From contig NC_058372.1 of the NCBI RefSeq assembly GCF_018350175.1, positions 248,001-312,000 of the forward strand: DNA of 64,000 nt, given 5' to 3'. Position 1 is the stretch's first letter, and each line of letters begins with the position of its first letter. This DNA is from Felis catus (Eukaryota). Both the position numbers and the translations under genes were made by a program. The notes beneath the pieces are model-generated. The model was not told where the DNA came from and did not search any database. It worked only from the letters and a program-made list of their open reading frames with translations. This document shows positions 58,901-64,000 of this stretch, one piece after another.

Positions 58901-61900
58901 GGTAACCAGCCCCACGTGGATCTAAAGTACAGCTGGTTGAGAGGCCTCCCCAGTCCCTTGCACATGTGCCCCACTCCACTGTCATTATGGGGTGATCCCT
59001 TGCACAAAGGATGCAGGTGTCCCCTCCCAGCCGAGAGCATTGCTATGGAACCTACATCAGCTGACATGACATAAACAGAGTAAGCCCTGTTTTCCAAATG
59101 CTCCTGTCACACCACTTGGTTTTTACAAAAGACCTGCGTGAGCACTTGTTCTCCCTAACTGAAAAAAACCTGAAGAGGATTTTGGCCTTTATGAAAACAG
59201 TCACTACTTGTACCTACAGGTCTTTGCTAACAGGGAAGCAGCCTGATGCAAGCCTTCAGAAAGTGGCAGAAGCATGCATCTTGTTGGGAGAACAAGGAAG
59301 ACCGGTGGAGTCAGATCTTGGGGAGGTGGCCTTTGATCACCGTACCCTCATGGTTTCTGAGTTGACAAGCAATTGCCAAGAGAGGGCCACTAAATAGTTT
59401 GTGAATGTTGGTATTTTCCAATACTTGGGTAAGTTTAGCCCAAGCAGCAGACTTGGTGGCTGTGTGCAAACGGTGTAGTTGCAAACTGTTAGGGTTCTCC
59501 ACGTGATTACGTTTTTACAGTGATAATTTCTCTCCAAAACCAAAGACGCCCGACAAATGCATCAGATGGATTGATAAGTTGCATCTCAAGAAGATAAGAA
59601 AACCAGGAAACTTGTTACTGGAGGAGTACCCCCAGCTGATACTGTTTCCCCCCCCAAGTTTTCCCCATGCAGATGTGGCAGAAATTCCAAGGAGGTAAGG
59701 CACAGGGAAAAAATACACATATGTGAAGAAAGGTGTTTCCTTCACATGGCTTATTTTCTGTGTGTAGCAGGAGTCCAGGTGAGCTGTTTAGAGACAGAAA
59801 AAACAAGTCTTGAGTGGTGGGTTCCAAGTATACTAGGGACTCTGGAGTTTCTTATAATAAGCTCAGGTCAAGAGTCTGCCCTGTAGAAATAATGTTGGTC
59901 ACAGGGATGAAAGCACAGGGAATATGGTCAAGACTATGGTAATAGCATTGTATGGTGACCAATGGTGGCTGCGTTTGTGGTGAGCACAGCAGAAGGCATA
60001 GGGTTGTTGAATCATGTGTTGTACATCTGAAACTAATGTACCATCGTGTGTCAACCATACTCACACTTTAAAAAATAATGCTGGAGGCACCTGGGTGGCC
60101 CAGTTGGTTAAGCGTCCACCTCTTGATTTCGGCTCAGGTCATTATCTCACAGTTCATGGGATTAAGCCCCACATCGGGCTCTGTGCTGACAGTGAGGAGC
60201 CTGCTTGGGATTCTCTCTCCCTCTCTCTGCCCTTTACCCCCCTCAAAATAAGTAAATAGAAACTTTAAAAAAATAATGCTGAAAATTTTGATGAGTTGAA
60301 ATCAGCAATGTCATGGTCAAATTTTCTTGCTTGCAAGCCTTAGAAACTTACTTGGGTGAGTATAAAGAAAAAAAAATTCAGTAGAAAGTATCTTAAATTT
60401 TTAAAGTCTCTCAAACCACTGGGCCTCACAAGAGACTAGAGCCAAGGCAGTAAGCATACCTGCCAACTCTTGTTTCTGCATCTTTTCGTGTATGTGCTCA
60501 TTCTCTTTTTCCGCTCACTGTTGCTCGCTCTCTCTCTCTGTTCTCACAGTGGAAAATGGCATCTCTGCGTCCCCACAACCTCAGGCTATCACCTCTTCTT
60601 TCTCTCTCCTCTATATCCGACTGCTCCCTCCCAACTGGATCACTCAGTGACCTATAGGTACCCTCAGCTCTCTCCCATCTAAGTCAGCTGTGCTAGTCCT
60701 TTGCAGTCCTTCAAAGCCACATCCCTTAAAAAGTCTGTATCAGCTGCCTGCGTTCTGGCCTCTCTGCCCATCACTTCACCAGGCCCCCTTTCACTGAGTC
60801 ATCAAAGAGCTCCATGCAGCTAAATTCAATGGACATTTAAGGGTGGAGTGGAAAAAAGGGAAGGTGCCAACAACAGACACAAGACCTGACAGGCATTGGC
60901 AGCAAAGACAGCATGGAAGGAGCATCGACACCTTGAGTGCTGGAATCCTGTCCTTAGGAAACAGGAGGGCAAGGAAATCAATAATCCTGAGGAGTAGGAG
61001 ATGGGCAGGGAACCAGGGGAGCCCATTCAAGGAACCAGAGTTGGGGCCAAAGGAACCAGATAAGTGGACAGTTGGAATACTCAGGATAAGAGACCAGACT
61101 AAGAGTAGAAAGGTTGACAAGACTGAACTGCCATCTTGGATTCCACCAGGGATGGGCAACCAACAGTTGAGAGTTAAGGAAGCCCAAAACAGAAACAGGT
61201 TGTAAGGTTACAGGGGCAGGAGACAAAGCAGACAATTACAATAACCCTCTTACTGAGTCAGGTATATGAAATAAGACTTTGAACTCATTGAAGCATGTCT
61301 GATAGTGACTTTAGCCATGAGGTTAAAGTGCTTCAGGATGTAAGGTTTACAAGATTGGCGTGTTTTATGTGGGTCTAATTATAAAGCCTTCCATCGCGTT
61401 AGCATCACAAATCAGAATAAGGCCGAACAAGGGTACATCTTACCCCTCGAGGAGGATGGTAAGTAGGTCAGCAATGCCGTGCTAGCATAGGCTTTCTAAA
61501 ATTTACCTGTTACCTACTGCCAATTCAAATAGTGAGTAAGCTGTACCTCACCTATCAAAAATCATGTTTTTGTTGGTAACATCATAGAGACTAGAAGGAT
61601 AGTGGTGCAGGGGAGATATAACACTTATAAAGTGTCTGCCATGCATCAAACAATTTTTTCATTTAATCATGAACACTTCTTGAACCCAGGGTGATTAATA
61701 TATCCTGACTTAGTTAAGAATGAACTATCTAAAGTCTCCCATATTGACATAGAATTTTGTTGACAGGAAGAAGAAATTTAGCCAATAGATATTTCTCAAA
61801 CTTTCTGGGGTGCACATGTAACATATCCAGATATTCCTTTATGTTTATATACATATTTTATACATGTAAAGTTGTGTTCTCTAAGTGTGGGAGTCTGTCC

Positions 61901-62699
61901 CTTTTTGCTTGTCCAAGCTCTCTTTTTCTGGTAAGCGAAATCCCACCCTCCTTGTCTTACACAGTTGCTTCCCCCCAGTCCCAGCCAACTGTACCACCCT
62001 ACTCTCTTGGAATAGTGATTGACATCAGTGTAGCCAGTGGTCAGCTACAGTGGTTGGCATGTGACCTGAATGGCACCAATCAGAATCCTTTCCTGTTTCA
62101 ACAGGAGAAACAAGAACATTTTTTTTTTAATGTTTATTTATTTTTGAGAGAGAGAGAGAGAGACCATGAGCAGGGGAGGGGCAGAGAGAGAGACACAGAC
62201 TCTGAAGCAGGCTCCAGCCTCTGACCGGTCAGCATAGAGCCCAATGCAGAGCTCAGACCCACAAGCTGTGAGATATGACCTGAGCTGAAGTTGGATACTC
62301 AACTGCCTGAGCCACCCAGGCGCCCCAAAACAAGAACATTTTTATAAAATGTATGGAAATCCATTATGTGTGTGTGGGCCTTGGGACTTAGTGAGCAATG
62401 TATTCAATCAAGCGGTCATTACCCTTATAATCTAGGACCAAGTAAATCCCAGAATCCTAGTTTAGTACTGAGCCAGAATAAGTTTGAATCTCTTAGCGCC
62501 TCCCCTCCCTCTTTTGGCTGGGCTGCTGCCAAGGGGAGGTACCAGCCTGGCCAGCCTGGGGGTGTCATTAGGCTGTGAGGGAAAAGAAAGAAGCATCGTG
62601 TCCAGGAATTTCCAAAACAGGTCTATATAACCTGTCCGGATCATTACTCAGGAGGTAGCCAAGACGAGATTATGCTTTTAGGGGGATAGGAGCACAGGG

Positions 62700-64000
62700 C
62701 GACCAAAGCTGCCTTACTAAGGCAGACTAGGAGGAGGTGAGGGGAAAAGACTAAAAAACCTCCCTTTCAGTCAACTTTTGACAAGGCTGTTCAGCCTGTG
62801 AATGGTGTGGTAGGAAGCATGAAAGATCCACTAATTACGTTGAGTATCAGCCCACTGTCAAGAGGCTTTACAATAAAAAGCACACCATTGTCAGACTAAA
62901 AATGGTATGAAAAGCCAAAACATGAGGCAGATTAGTTTCAAGGGCCACAGTGCTATTGCTGGAGTAGGTTGATTGGACCAGAAAAGAAACATGTACCCTA
63001 AAAAAGTGTCAGCAGTGGTGAGGCACCACTGCTCTCAGAGAAGGTCAGAGATCCAATCAAGTCCATGTGCCAGGAGCAGGTGTGGAAAATGCCCCTTGCT
63101 ATGTGGCCTCCCTCCTTGTGAGACAAATGGAACAGTCACAAGCCCAAATCAGATCCTGACCCTTTACTTCGTGCCCAGTCGATGATGGTGCACGTCTTGC
63201 TGCATCCGGGATGATGATGCATCCAGGCAGCAATGGGGGTGATTCTCCCTCAGCACATTGATTCCAGGCCCGTCTCATCAGACAACAGGCTCCTCAGATG
63301 TTAGGTCAGCAGTTGGCTTTATTTCTGTCTCCAAGGAGAGATTTGTAACCAGCGTAGCTTTCCAAGTGCCCGACCGAATAGCTAGGCCATTGGCACAGCC
63401 CAAGGGTCAGTAGAATTACAGGAAGGCTGATCTGTTGGTGAGAGCCATGACAGTGGCCCTGAGTTCTGCCCCCCAAGTAGAATGACAGCCTCCGTGTCCG
63501 GCTGTGAGTAACTGGCTCTGAGGCTGAATGTCTGCATCAGCCAGAGACAGCACTGGGTTCTAGCTTCACTGAACCCCAGTGGTCCAGGTCCGGTGACCTG
63601 AGAGCACTGCTGAGCCAGCACTTTGCTTCAGACGGCAGACTGGGGGATAAATCCTCCCCAAAGGGACATCTGCCACTTTTCCACGTAGAACTGAGACATT
63701 TGGGCCAGGCCAGCTGCACCCCTAAATGTACCATCCCCCTGCGACAAGCAGGGCTTATCAGATCCCTCCCACTTGGTGAGAATTTGAGTCCAAGTTGACC
63801 AACCTGCAAATGTGACTATGAAGCCAAAATGTCCAAGCTTCCTTGGGTCAGGTGTTTAGTTTTAACAGGAGCCCAATAACAAAGTGCATCTTCCTTTCAA
63901 AAGGAATGTATCCAGTGACCATGTCAGGAAGGTGGTGGGTCCAAAACTGAGGGTGCCACTGTTGGGTTAGAGCCTTTGTCAGCAAGATCCTCAGTCACAG
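62700..64000 (-). mobile_element. Decayed ERVL-like pol (RNase H and integrase) remnant
   Basis: Minus-strand motifs in the expected order: LCYWAPVKT (about 63860-63885), WGAELRA (63455-63475), TDPWAV/ANGLAIRSGTWK (about 63360-63411) and integrase SDNG (about 62884-62895). Confidence 0.75.

Noticed and set aside
58720-59600. Purine-rich, coding-like stretch that might be an old processed pseudogene
   Set aside because: No parent gene recognised, and no clear poly(A) tail or TSD; blastx would settle it.

Overview
Mammalian genomic DNA, almost certainly felid (dense Can-SINEs, including young SINEC_Fc-type copies, and carnivore L1 3' ends). It covers the distal MHC class I framework region. 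Three spliced genes are intact, with exon phases and lengths that add up: RNF39 (+, 4 coding exons, 350 aa), PPP1R11 (-, 3 exons, 126 aa) and POLR1H/ZNRD1 (-, 4 exons, 123 aa). Head-to-head with POLR1H lies the ortholog of human ZNRD1-AS1 (mouse Znrd1as/Tctex4), which keeps a long open final exon but has an unresolved 5' end. Upstream of RNF39, where synteny predicts TRIM31, there is a decayed TRIM31 pseudogene whose RING, B-box, coiled-coil and PRY exon remnants are still in order. There is weaker evidence for a second, older TRIM relic on the minus strand. The rest is SINEs, L1, MaLR/ERV LTRs, DNA transposons, an ERVL pol remnant, several GC-rich minisatellites and a 236-N gap. I cannot demonstrate a wholly new biological system. 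The best leads are: a 1.5-kb E-box-rich minisatellite in the last PPP1R11 intron that is open in frame with exon 2; the TRIM31 loss and possible second TRIM relic; and the apparently coding ZNRD1-AS1 ortholog. All homology calls come from protein and repeat sequences recalled from memory, not from database searches.
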